Shown piece by piece: positions 1-8,907 of a stretch of 64,000 bases of DNA (the stretch's first letter is position 1; every line of letters begins with the position of its first letter). Both the position numbers and the translations under genes were made by a program. The notes below the pieces were generated by a model, which saw nothing but the letters and a program-made list of their open reading frames with translations, was not told where the DNA came from and searched no databases. Source of the DNA: a virus. The stretch covers positions 1 to 64,000 of IMG/VR virus record IMGVR_UViG_3300025087_000053; one strand, written 5' to 3'.

Positions 1-139
1 AAGAGGAGGAATTTTATTAAGTATTGTAAAATGTCAAGAAATATATAACTTCTAGCTTTATCGTTGTTTTCTTCTATTGGAATAAATATGTGGCCGAGGC
101 TTTCTTCGTTTTCTTTTTCTGTCTTGGCGATGTTTTCTG

Positions 140-670
140 TCATTTGCTTGGTGGCTCCATAACGCTATGCGTTAATAGCTGCTGGTCGGGAACTATTAAA
201 GTTCCAATCGGTTCTCTTAACCTTGAGTCTTTATAAAATACATTGTAAGTCTCTTCTACCAGAGGTATCATTATTCCTGTGCATTCGTTTTCATATAGAA
301 AGACCACAGGATTAACTGTTGTATTCTTTTCTTCGCTAAAAGGAGTTCTTTCGTAAATTGACATATCAAAGTTTCTCATTGCCTCATAAACTTTATTTGT
401 CTCTGACACTCTTTTGGCAATAATCTTTTCGATTTTATTTCTTGTGTCTTGGGAAAAAGAGTTCATCTTCCATTCTGCATCTGTTATAATTGTTACTTTA
501 TCAAAACGCATTTTATCTAAACTTTCGCCTTTTAAAATATAACATGTCTCATTGAGATAATCCCATTGAACCCTGTGATTGTGGTAATAACATTTTCTTT
601 GGAACTTATGTAGCCCAGATTCATGACTACCACCAAAAAACGGACCATAAAAGAAATAATCGGTTTCCAT
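140..670 (-). CDS. hypothetical protein, 'YFF...GxxIPxTEETY' paralogue family
   Basis: 176 aa; N-terminal DYFFYGPFFG and C-terminal GIMIPLVEETYNVFYK shared with neighbours. Confidence 0.8.
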   Translation of the reverse strand: METDYFFYGPFFGGSHESGLHKFQRKCYYHNHRVQWDYLNETCYILKGESLDKMRFDKVTIITDAEWKMNSFSQDTRNKIEKIIAKRVSETNKVYEAMRNFDMSIYERTPFSEEKNTTVNPVVFLYENECTGIMIPLVEETYNVFYKDSRLREPIGTLIVPDQQLLTHSVMEPPSK

Positions 671-687
671 TTTATATACCTGTTAGT

Positions 688-1170
688 TTACAGTCTCCAT
701 GGCTTTGGAATAAAAAGAGGAAATACGCTTCTTCTTAAATCCGGCTCTTTATAGAATACATTATAGGTCTCTTCTGTCAATGGAATTATAATACCTACGT
801 GCTCTTGTGCGTTTAACTCTATGTATTCCTTATCGATTCCGTCCTTCTGCACAGACTCTTCAAAAAATCTCTTGAATAGGAACGTTTTGTGCGTTTCGGT
901 TAATTGCTCTACGACTCCTCGACAAATTTTATTTCTTGTGTCTTGGGAAAACCCACCACATGATCTATCAAGAATTGGGTTTTGAGGCACTAAAGCTAGA
1001 ATAGCACGACTCCACTTTAAAAATTCAAACGAGTGATCAAAAAACTCCCAACTGCTAGAGTTACTTAAAGTATAATTTACAACTATTGAATTTTTTGTAT
1101 TGTTCCCAAAATAGGGACCATAAAAGAAATAATCTGTCTGTGTCAAGTCTTCTGTTTTTAGGCTTTGCAT
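688..1170 (-). CDS. hypothetical protein, same paralogue family
   Basis: 160 aa; DYFFYGPYFG, FSQDTRNKI and GIIIPLTEETYNVFYK nearly identical to 140..670. Confidence 0.8.
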   Translation of the reverse strand: MQSLKTEDLTQTDYFFYGPYFGNNTKNSIVVNYTLSNSSSWEFFDHSFEFLKWSRAILALVPQNPILDRSCGGFSQDTRNKICRGVVEQLTETHKTFLFKRFFEESVQKDGIDKEYIELNAQEHVGIIIPLTEETYNVFYKEPDLRRSVFPLFIPKPWRL

Positions 1171-1175
1171 TTTGT

Positions 1176-1682
1176 TTATCTTGGTAAAATCAAAAGACCA
1201 GTATTCAATACGTTGTTATTAAACACAAACACTGGTTCTTTTTCTTTTCTTCTTCCCAACAATACATCGTAAGTCTCTCTTGTGATTGGGATTGACAATC
1301 CAAGAAATTCATCGTGCGCCACATGGAAAAAGCCGTTTGTTTTGGCAAAGTATTTCTTTCGGAACTCGTTAAAACACGGCTTAACAAGATTTTCTCTGTA
1401 CAAATACCGATTAACCCCGATTTTTTTAACTTTGATCAACATCATTCTGCTATAATATTTTCTTGGAATAAGAGGAAAGTCTTTTGGAAACAAAATAACA
1501 TCTCTAACTGTCGACAAACACTCAAGAAAGTCTTTGTTATAGTAATAATATTGGGAATCTTCAGGCTGATACTTGCTGTATTCTCTTTCTGAGAACTCAA
1601 TAAAGAAATGCCCTATTGTTTCGGCTTTCTGCTCTCTCTCCATTTTTTGTCGTCTTTGCCGAGAATTAAGTTGCATTGTCAA
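1176..1682 (-). CDS. hypothetical protein, same paralogue family
   Basis: GHFFIEF ... GLSIPITRETYDVL. Confidence 0.7.
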   Translation of the reverse strand: MTMQLNSRQRRQKMEREQKAETIGHFFIEFSEREYSKYQPEDSQYYYYNKDFLECLSTVRDVILFPKDFPLIPRKYYSRMMLIKVKKIGVNRYLYRENLVKPCFNEFRKKYFAKTNGFFHVAHDEFLGLSIPITRETYDVLLGRRKEKEPVFVFNNNVLNTGLLILPR

Positions 1683-2074
1683 TCTTTTTCTTCCTCAACA
1701 ATTAGAAAAGGAAGCGGCTTTAGGAAAATCTCTTTATTGTTCACTACACTGTAAGTTTCCTCTGTGATTGGAATTTTAGTTCCCAAAGACCAGTCACGCC
1801 CTTCCTGTGATAGTGGAGCTTTCAACTCGTATTCTCTCCACTCTATAAACCTCACACCTGAGACCTTTCTTGCCCAACCTGTAAGAGCAAAATACTTTAT
1901 GTCTACTGGCCAATTCTTTGGCGATAGAAAGAAAATCACAATTTCATCGGTATATATGGGTAATCTACTTCCATAGGGGTTTGGCCCTTTCGAGAAAAAC
2001 TCTGCTACCTTCTTTTTTGCTTCTTCGGTTAGAACGTGTGGAGCTTCCCTACTTTCCAAGAAATAATACAACAT
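1679..2074 (-). CDS. hypothetical protein, same paralogue family
   Basis: LYYFLE ... GTKIPITEETYSVV. Confidence 0.7.
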   Translation of the reverse strand: MLYYFLESREAPHVLTEEAKKKVAEFFSKGPNPYGSRLPIYTDEIVIFFLSPKNWPVDIKYFALTGWARKVSGVRFIEWREYELKAPLSQEGRDWSLGTKIPITEETYSVVNNKEIFLKPLPFLIVEEEKD

Positions 2075-2075
2075 T

Positions 2076-2687
2076 TTATTCTTCTCTCTCGGGGATAATC
2101 AAATGCCCGGAAAGCTTTAGAATATATCCCACATCCCTTGTGGACGAAAAAATACCTCCTCCCGTTCCAATCGAAGATAAAGTTCTTTTCGTTGTTGCTG
2201 CATAGTCTGTGTTTTTATTGACAATGAAATAATCGTAAACCTCTTTATTCATCGGAAGGCAAATGCCAAACCTTTTATCTTCTGCCAAACAGATAACACC
2301 CGGATTTTTAACGTCAAGTTCTCCTAAAGAAGAATGATAAAGATTGTGCTCTAAATCGCTGCACAAATTGGAAACATGCCGATATTCTTTGATTTTGGAA
2401 TAAAGCTTGTTAACGGATAAAACTTGACAAAGAACAATCTTTGCTCGATTTCTTTTATTTCGTCTTTTGTGTTTATCGGAAACCAAATGAAAGTTTTTAT
2501 TGAATTCAGAAGTAAAAAGTTTTGACTCTACAATAGACTTTTCATAATCAAGAACAAAAGAATTAATAGACCGTCTTAGTTTGTTATTCCAGGTGTTTGA
2601 AGCATAATGTCCAGAAAATTCAAAAAAAAGATATCCAAGAATACCACTGGAAGGGTAGAGATCTTCTTTTTTTTGTGTGTTGGACAT
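2076..2687 (-). CDS. hypothetical protein, divergent member of same family
   Basis: GYLFFEF ... GICLPMNKEVYDYF. Confidence 0.65.
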   Translation of the reverse strand: MSNTQKKEDLYPSSGILGYLFFEFSGHYASNTWNNKLRRSINSFVLDYEKSIVESKLFTSEFNKNFHLVSDKHKRRNKRNRAKIVLCQVLSVNKLYSKIKEYRHVSNLCSDLEHNLYHSSLGELDVKNPGVICLAEDKRFGICLPMNKEVYDYFIVNKNTDYAATTKRTLSSIGTGGGIFSSTRDVGYILKLSGHLIIPEREE

Positions 2688-2691
2688 AATT

Positions 2692-3129
2692 CTACTTTTC
2701 GAAACTTCGTCTCTCTATGATTTTTCTTGTGTTTGCATCCAAGAAGAAAGTCCGTCCACAATCTACACACTGATAAAATCCCTGGTCATCCGGCTCGTGC
2801 GTCAAATTGTGATTCCCTTCTTTACAATTTCTCCAATAAGGATTGTGTCCCAAACGACCAGCAATCCAATCGGAATCGGAACAATTCACGTTAGTATCCC
2901 TGCCTTCAAGAAACATCTCCTCCGTTGCTGAGGTTGGCCCAGGCTTAATTTCCTCGGTTTTGGGCAGCTCCGGGACAGCCTTTGCCCTCTCCTCCTCTAG
3001 GGCAATCAAGAGAACGTCGTAAAGGCTCTGTGCAAGAACATTAAGTCCTGGATAATCTGCCAGCTCCCTTTTAAGGTAACGAGCACACTCGAAAAGAACC
3101 GGAGATTCACGAAGATTTGTGTTTGACAT
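2692..3129 (-). CDS. hypothetical protein with C-terminal CxxC
   Basis: start moved to MSNTNLRES, downstream of the TTGACC-17-TATTAT promoter and a purine-rich leader. Confidence 0.6.
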   Translation of the reverse strand: MSNTNLRESPVLFECARYLKRELADYPGLNVLAQSLYDVLLIALEEERAKAVPELPKTEEIKPGPTSATEEMFLEGRDTNVNCSDSDWIAGRLGHNPYWRNCKEGNHNLTHEPDDQGFYQCVDCGRTFFLDANTRKIIERRSFEK

Positions 3130-3163
3130 TGTTTTTCTTTCTCTTGTGGTGTTGAACAAAAGA

Positions 3164-3192
3164 ATAATAACACAACTTTTTGGAAAGGTCAA
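3164..3192 (-). promoter_or_regulatory. sigma70-like early promoter
   Basis: TTGACC-17 nt-TATTAT on the minus strand. Confidence 0.65.
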
Positions 3193-3224
3193 TAAGAAAA
3201 AACTTGAGGCTTTTAGGATTTTGT

Positions 3225-3641
3225 CTAGAACGAAGAAGAGGAATCGAGAGGGATCGTAACAGAAACGATCTCCACCTCTCCCTTAAACTCCGAAACCATT
3301 CCGTTGTACACCTCCTCGCCCTCGTGCGAGACGTCCATCGCCCAATAGCGGGACGTCCTTGAGATGTTATAAATGTAATCCGCCTTCGACTTCCAAGAAG
3401 CCTTAACAGTATGAGCCCTGTATTCCTCAGAATTCAAAAGATCTTCGAGAAATCGTGCTCCCGCCTCAATGTTTAGATAATTCGGGAAGCTCGACTCTCC
3501 AATAATGTCCCGAATAAACACCCCCAATCTTTCCGGGTTTCCGTTGTTCTGAACATAAATGGAAAGCTCAGTCTTATTGAACCCCCCGTTGTTGTTGTTG
3601 CAGAAGTTGATGAGAGCGGTGGTGCTGTTCGTCTTCGACAT
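3225..3641 (-). CDS. hypothetical early protein
   Basis: 138 aa ORF behind a TTGACT-17-TATAAA promoter (3677-3705). Confidence 0.7.
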   Translation of the reverse strand: MSKTNSTTALINFCNNNNGGFNKTELSIYVQNNGNPERLGVFIRDIIGESSFPNYLNIEAGARFLEDLLNSEEYRAHTVKASWKSKADYIYNISRTSRYWAMDVSHEGEEVYNGMVSEFKGEVEIVSVTIPLDSSSSF

Positions 3642-3712
3642 TTTCTTTTTTCTTTCTTGCTCGGAAGTTATCTCTCTTTATACAAGAGTTTTCCCCAAGA
3701 GTCAATAAAAAA

Positions 3713-3970
3713 CTACTTCCCCATCTTCTTGTGGTGTGGTTCAGCCCACTTATCAAGATCAACCCACCTCCATCCGTCGCACCCCCATTCCCAAGGTGTG
3801 GAAATTTCATTGGCTTCCGGGAAAATATCCCCTTCGGGATCAAAATCGGCACTCTTAATAATTTGTTTTTCCTTGTGCCGACGGCTCCGGTTGTTATCTG
3901 TCCTATCCTCCTTGCGATTGGAGGTACGGGCATTGTTAAAAACTGGCGTCTTCTTGTAGCTGCGTGACAT
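3713..3970 (-). CDS. small basic hypothetical protein
   Basis: MSRSYKKTPV start with GGGGAAGG SD-like sequence upstream. Confidence 0.65.
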   Translation of the reverse strand: MSRSYKKTPVFNNARTSNRKEDRTDNNRSRRHKEKQIIKSADFDPEGDIFPEANEISTPWEWGCDGWRWVDLDKWAEPHHKKMGK

Positions 3971-4039
3971 CGCCTTCCCCTTGCTCTCTAACCCTAACTA
4001 TCAAAACCCGAATAAAAGAGCAAGAAGAAAGTTTTCTTT

Positions 4040-4234
4040 TTAATCTTCGCAACCATGGAGACACACAAAATCAAAAAGGTTCTTCTTTGCGGTCCTCACT
4101 GGCGCAGTAAAGGTCCCGCTGTAGACCCAGCAGCCGCTCTTGGACATAAATGCCCAAAGCTGGAACATCTTTCTGTTCTGTCCGTTGACAATGGCCTTCG
4201 AGACATTTCGAATTTGATACTTCTGCTTGTCCAT
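4040..4234 (-). CDS. hypothetical protein
   Basis: 64 aa; GGGAGG SD. Confidence 0.6.
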   Translation of the reverse strand: MDKQKYQIRNVSKAIVNGQNRKMFQLWAFMSKSGCWVYSGTFTAPVRTAKKNLFDFVCLHGCED

Positions 4235-4291
4235 TTGTTCCTCCCTATAAAACCAATAGTATCAAATTTCTTTCTTTAAAGCAAGCTGTTT

Positions 4292-4783
4292 TTAATCTTT
4301 CTTCTTTGCCTTTCTTTCAAAATCTATATAATACTCGTGGACCAAGGGTAGAAACTCTTTAAAAGCCTTTGTTTTCACGATGTTACTATAAAAAATGTCC
4401 CAAAGTGCAGAATCTGCAGCCTCCCCCGTGATCTCTTCCTTTGCTATACCCGTAATCATCATTGATTGAAACCCAGAAGGAATAAAGAAAAAAAGATTGG
4501 GTTTGCTTCTTTTTATTTTGTGGAAGGAATCGGTGTCATAAATCGTAAAACGAGTAACTTCTCGTTCTTGGTCGGAAATAAGATAAGAACCGTCCTTTTG
4601 TTCCTCTTTGGAAAGAAACTTCTCCAGATACCGGAATTCTAAGTATCCGCCAGACTTCCAAAAACGAGGATTAATTTCCACGACCTTTGCGTAAACTTGA
4701 TTTCCTTGTTTATCTTTGTAAGATTCAAACTCGCGTTCTCCCTTATATTCATGTCGGTAAGAACGTTTGTGTTCAAAAAACAT
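4292..4783 (-). CDS. hypothetical protein
   Basis: 163 aa, abuts the upstream ORF. Confidence 0.65.
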   Translation of the reverse strand: MFFEHKRSYRHEYKGEREFESYKDKQGNQVYAKVVEINPRFWKSGGYLEFRYLEKFLSKEEQKDGSYLISDQEREVTRFTIYDTDSFHKIKRSKPNLFFFIPSGFQSMMITGIAKEEITGEAADSALWDIFYSNIVKTKAFKEFLPLVHEYYIDFERKAKKKD

Positions 4784-5002
4784 TTACTTCTCCCTCTTCT
4801 CTCCCAAAACCCCAACAATCATCTTGTAAAGCTCTTCGGTTTCTTCCTTACTACACAGACTCATGTACATCTGAATAATGTGAAAAGTTATCTCGTCGGA
4901 GGCTTTTTGATTTGTTATAGAAAGATTGGAAACAATCTGATGCGCTTTCGCAAGCAAACAAATAATTTCCTTTAGCTTTTTGATTTCTTCAATCAGTAAC
5001 AT
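4784..5002 (-). CDS. hypothetical protein
   Basis: 72 aa, tightly packed in an operon. Confidence 0.55.
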   Translation of the reverse strand: MLLIEEIKKLKEIICLLAKAHQIVSNLSITNQKASDEITFHIIQMYMSLCSKEETEELYKMIVGVLGEKREK

Positions 5003-5003
5003 T

Positions 5004-5240
5004 CTAATCCCTCCCGTTGTCCACAGACAAGTATGTCTCTACGAGGCTCAAACAATCATTGTTACAGTTTCTCAAAACAGAAATGATTCTTTCTGCCGGA
5101 AGTGAACTGTTCTTTCTCGCAAAATCAATTGCATTTGCCGCTTGTCGAAGGGATTCTACAATCGCCTTTGCATAGTTGTTCTTTACGTTTTCAACAATCT
5201 TCTTTTTTTGAGAATCTCTGTCAAAGTTCGTGAAGTCCAT
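5004..5240 (-). CDS. hypothetical protein
   Basis: 78 aa; GGAGG SD. Confidence 0.6.
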   Translation of the reverse strand: MDFTNFDRDSQKKKIVENVKNNYAKAIVESLRQAANAIDFARKNSSLPAERIISVLRNCNNDCLSLVETYLSVDNGRD

Positions 5241-5241
5241 C

Positions 5242-5469
5242 TCACCCCTCCTTTGCCGTCAGACGATAGCTCGACGGAAGGCGACGAAAACATCCGTTGA
5301 TTGCGTCAACCAGAACTCCATTGGCAAGCGAGAGAGCCGCACCACTGATCGCCCCACCTCGACGCACAAGCCCGAAAATCTCCGACCCCGGAGGATTGAT
5401 TGTCGAAAGAGTCTTGGCGATCTTCATCGAGGTCTTGTCGACGTGGATCGAAACCGTTGTCGCTAGCAT
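5242..5469 (-). CDS. hypothetical protein (true start downstream of the CRISPR array)
   Basis: MLATTVSIHV start follows the purine-rich leader typical of early genes here; the longer ORF call just runs through the repeats. Confidence 0.55.
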   Translation of the reverse strand: MLATTVSIHVDKTSMKIAKTLSTINPPGSEIFGLVRRGGAISGAALSLANGVLVDAINGCFRRLPSSYRLTAKEG

Positions 5470-5500
5470 TTCTTTTTTCTCTCTTGTTCGGAAGTTTCGG

Positions 5501-5772
5501 GGTCCATCCCCACACACGCAGGGGAGACACGTTGACGCTATTAGGCTGCACATTAGAAGAAGGTCCATCCCCGCACACGCGGGGGAGACTTTCAGGATCT
5601 TTTTTCTGTGCTCTTGGCAGAAGGTCCATCCCCGCACACGCGGGGGAGACGTAGGACGGGGGAAAAATGTTGGCACCGGGGCTGGTCCATCCCCGCACAC
5701 GCGGGGGAGACATCTTTTTTTAGCCTTCGACCACGCTTTTGCCAGGTCCATCCCCGCACACGCGGGGGAGAC
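5501..5772 (-). CRISPR. CRISPR array, 5 x 28-nt repeats (GTCTCCCCCGCGTGTGCGGGGATGGACC) and 4 x 33-nt spacers, type I-E-like repeat
   Basis: repeats at 5501, 5562, 5623, 5684 and 5745 (61-bp period); CCCCGC-GTGT-GCGGGG hairpin; the 5501 copy has 2 substitutions and is the trailer end. Confidence 0.97.
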
Positions 5773-6065
5773 TCTATGACATCGAAGTCATACCCAACTG
5801 TGGCTCCCCTGCCACATGCGGGAATAGCATATCCGTCAAAGAATTTATTCTTTGCTATACATGCTTCTGTAGGCGGAAACTCCGCACGGCTTTCCGAGAG
5901 TATTGCCATACCAGTCTTATTTTATTAAGACTTTCTTGGGCCACTTTCTCAGATTAGGGCGTGGGACCACGCCCAGAATACAAAACTGTATTCTATTCCC
6001 AAATTTATTCTTTATTCAGTTTTTCAAAGAACTTTATCTTGTGGCTATTGCCGCCCCAAGAATGA
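5773..6065 (-). ncRNA. putative tracrRNA/scaffold RNA for Cas12f
   Basis: anti-repeat at 5802-5828 plus several hairpins (TATGAC/GTCATA, GCGGA/TCCGC, AGTCTTA/TAAGACT, GGGCGTG/CACGCCC, AGAATACA/TGTATTCT) between the cas gene and the array. Confidence 0.7.
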
Positions 6066-6070
6066 CATAA

Positions 6071-7498
6071 CTATAGCACATCTTCTATGCTTTTGTCAAC
6101 AGCTTTTTCTTCTTCTCGTCTTGTTGAAGACTCTTCCGTCTCCGACGTACCAGTCTCCTCACATTCATACTCATCATCCTTTAATCCACGGTAAGGAAGT
6201 TTGTTTTTTATGCAATATTCCTTAATCATATTTTCTATGTCTTTTGTAGCAATGTTTTTTGCTGCATTATAATCTGCGTTTGCAGTATATCCACAAGAAA
6301 CACAAACAAATTTTTCTTGTGTCTTGCGATTATCTTCGTGGATCGTTCCACACTCTGAACACCTTTGAGACGTGTATTGAGGATTTATCTTCACAACCTT
6401 AATTCCCACAATCTTTGCCTTATATTCTATCTTTGTTTGAAGATCAAAATATCTCCAATTTTTAAGAAACTTTGGCTTTTTCCCGGCAGTAATGCCAGAA
6501 AGGTTTTCCATTTGAATGGTTTTAGCTCCTTCTTTTATTGCTCGGTTAATCAATGCTTTAGACATTTTGTGGTTCATTGTATCTGCCCAACTACTCTCCC
6601 TGTTTTCGATTGAAAGCGTTGGCTCTAGGGCTTTCTTTCGTCCTCTTCCTTTGCGCTCTTCATAGTTTTTATATCCTCTTTGAATACTTCTTCTTCTTTC
6701 CCGAAATTGGGTTTGATTTTTTCGTATTAAAGAAGCATCCATTGAAAAGTCCCGCTTTTCGGAATTAGAAAAAGCAATAGTCCACGGATGCGCTATCCCC
6801 AAATCAATTCCCATAATAACATTTGAGTCTAGCTCTGTGACAACCGGAGGGTGTTTGCAAGACACAAGAAAGAAAATCTTATTATCTTTTATCTGCAAAT
6901 AGCACTCTCCGGTTCCAAGCCTCCCTTCCCACATACTCTTCATTTCTTTTTTGAGAAAAGCAGGAAGCTTTGAACTTTTTAAAACAAAGCTAATTTTTCT
7001 TTCCTCTTTGGGAACACTCTTTGACCCTGTTGTAAGCCTAACACAAAATTCTTTCTCCTCGGACAAAAAGAGTTCATAACTGCCCTTGGGGAAGGGAACT
7101 GGGCTTGTTCTTTTAAAGAACAAAACAGACTCTTCTTTTTTTACTAAAGTTGCAAACCTGTGTCTCACATAAAAGTCTCCAACTTGTATTTTAAGTCCTT
7201 CCATAATCGGAGTAGAAATCAAGAGATATTTTGGTTTAACCAGAGTATGATAGGTTTTAGACTTAAGACACCCCTCCTTTGAAGATTTATCATACTTGCC
7301 GTTTTTAAATTCAAAAGACGAGAGCAGCTTGTTTTCTATTTCTAAATTCTTTCTATCTGCTAAATAATATTCTACAGCATAAGTGTTTTTTATGTCTGAA
7401 CATTGTTCTGACAGTAAACGAATCTTTTTCCCAAACTCCTGCCAAGAAAGTCCAATCGGCTTATGAATTTGAAATTTCTTAATTGTAACGTTTCCCAT
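6071..7498 (-). CDS. cas12f: CRISPR-associated type V-F nuclease Cas12f (Cas14/C2c10-like)
   Basis: 475 aa; RuvC-I IMGIDLG, RuvC-II IQMENL, CSECG/CVSCG zinc ribbon, RuvC-III NADYNAAKNI; N-terminus (KPIGLSWQEFG) and NWRYFDLQTKIEYKA...PQYTSQRCSECG resemble AsCas12f1 as I recall it; adjacent to the array. Confidence 0.88.
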   Translation of the reverse strand: MGNVTIKKFQIHKPIGLSWQEFGKKIRLLSEQCSDIKNTYAVEYYLADRKNLEIENKLLSSFEFKNGKYDKSSKEGCLKSKTYHTLVKPKYLLISTPIMEGLKIQVGDFYVRHRFATLVKKEESVLFFKRTSPVPFPKGSYELFLSEEKEFCVRLTTGSKSVPKEERKISFVLKSSKLPAFLKKEMKSMWEGRLGTGECYLQIKDNKIFFLVSCKHPPVVTELDSNVIMGIDLGIAHPWTIAFSNSEKRDFSMDASLIRKNQTQFRERRRSIQRGYKNYEERKGRGRKKALEPTLSIENRESSWADTMNHKMSKALINRAIKEGAKTIQMENLSGITAGKKPKFLKNWRYFDLQTKIEYKAKIVGIKVVKINPQYTSQRCSECGTIHEDNRKTQEKFVCVSCGYTANADYNAAKNIATKDIENMIKEYCIKNKLPYRGLKDDEYECEETGTSETEESSTRREEEKAVDKSIEDVL

Positions 7499-7540
7499 TT
7501 TTTATATCCTTTCACGATTTCTTCTAGCTTAAAGTTTCAA

Positions 7541-7846
7541 TTAAAAAATCTTCAGAAGAAGCCAAGCAATAGACAGAAAGCTTGCCCCAACAAGAAATGG
7601 ACACCAAAGCGGAGCCGTCTCTGCAAGAAGTTCTTCTTCCTTGTGCTTCTTATATGGCTTTTGCCGAATAATATAAACAATCATCAGAATTCCAGCCGTT
7701 GTATAAAAATTCAAAACAAAGGGAAAGAAAAAAGAAAGATTATACCAATCCCAAATACACATGATCACCCATGAATTCCAAGCCACCTGAAGCACAGACA
7801 CGAAAAGGGCAATAGCCGCAGCCACAATATAATAAATCGCTTTCAT
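7541..7846 (-). CDS. membrane protein
   Basis: several hydrophobic segments from MKAIYYIVAAA. Confidence 0.6.
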   Translation of the reverse strand: MKAIYYIVAAAIALFVSVLQVAWNSWVIMCIWDWYNLSFFFPFVLNFYTTAGILMIVYIIRQKPYKKHKEEELLAETAPLWCPFLVGASFLSIAWLLLKIF

Positions 7847-7847
7847 T

Positions 7848-8072
7848 TTACTTTTCCTCTGCCTTGAGAACAACCCCAGGATAAGATGCTTCCATCGAAC
7901 CATCAAAAAACCCGCTGGAGTACGCTGAATGCAGAATGCTCAACAACAAATTCCTTTCCTCTTCTTTGAAAGAAAGATGCGAAACCATCTTAAAAAAAAC
8001 ATTTGCCTGGTCGTTAATCCTCTCACTAAGCAGCAAAGCCTTCTTTTCGTAGTCTGTGGTTATGGTGTCCAT
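7848..8072 (-). CDS. hypothetical protein
   Basis: 74 aa; GAGG SD. Confidence 0.55.
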   Translation of the reverse strand: MDTITTDYEKKALLLSERINDQANVFFKMVSHLSFKEEERNLLLSILHSAYSSGFFDGSMEASYPGVVLKAEEK

Positions 8073-8242
8073 TTTCTTTTTACCTCTTGTCTGAAAGTTT
8101 CCCCATTATAATCGGCGGGAACAAAACTCAAGCGAAAAGAACAACAAGAACAAAACAAAAAACAAGAAAGCCTGTTGCATAATCGAGAGTCTTTTCGGAA
8201 TTATATCCGTTGTGATAATACGACATTTTGTTTTCTTTCTGA

Positions 8243-8572
8243 TTACGTTGTGGACCAAACTCTACCAAAAATCTTCTTTCCGTATCTCTCTTCCATTCTC
8301 AAGAGAGCGCGCTTCATATTCTCGACGCCCTTTGGGTTTGCACTGTGGATGTTGACAGTCGGAGGATTCCAGTCTCGATGAAAAAACATCCACTCGTCCA
8401 TCCAGTTGATAACATCCATACCCGTCTTAAGTCCATCGCCCAAATCATGATCAAAAGAAACCTCTGAAACGTTTTGGAGGGTTCTAAGAAGATAAATCAT
8501 GTCCTCTGCTGTCTTCACCGGCTCCCAGCCAGAAGGACATTGCCTTTCGTCATCTAAAAAAAGCTTCTTCAT
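8243..8572 (-). CDS. cyclic-phosphate-processing receiver-domain protein
   Basis: LFLDDER, SFDHDLG, TGMD and IHSANPxG motifs. Confidence 0.75.
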   Translation of the reverse strand: MKKLFLDDERQCPSGWEPVKTAEDMIYLLRTLQNVSEVSFDHDLGDGLKTGMDVINWMDEWMFFHRDWNPPTVNIHSANPKGVENMKRALLRMEERYGKKIFGRVWSTT

Positions 8573-8697
8573 TTTGTTTTCTTTCTTTTGTTGGGAAGAT
8601 ACTTAAAACTTAAGAGGCTGTGGGATCTTCGGCGACTACCACAATCACGCTGTTCGTAAACGTAGGCTGTAAAAATACAGCCGCCCCTTAAACTCAA

Positions 8698-8880
8698 TTA
8701 TCGGGCAAGCTGTTCATCCTCGATGCGCTTATCGTATCCGCGATTAAAAGCAAGCTCCACAAGCCGCTTCATCTCGTCAATCGTAACCACCTCGAAGCTC
8801 TCTTGCGGCAGATTGCTATCGTTGCAAGAAGCCGTGTAGGTCTTGTCCATGTCCTTGTTCTTGCTCAAGAAAAAGCGCAT
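8698..8880 (-). CDS. hypothetical protein
   Basis: 60 aa; AGGAGG SD. Confidence 0.55.
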   Translation of the reverse strand: MRFFLSKNKDMDKTYTASCNDSNLPQESFEVVTIDEMKRLVELAFNRGYDKRIEDEQLAR

Positions 8881-8907
8881 TTTATCCTCCTATTGGAGCA
8901 AAGCGTT

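Noticed and set aside
5529-5744. Self-targeting spacers
   Set aside because: No match to the four spacers was seen elsewhere in the window by eye; this was not an exhaustive search
5242-5957. Several overlapping ORFs with SPACAG/PRVRG repeats
   Set aside because: Translations of the CRISPR repeats and scaffold region
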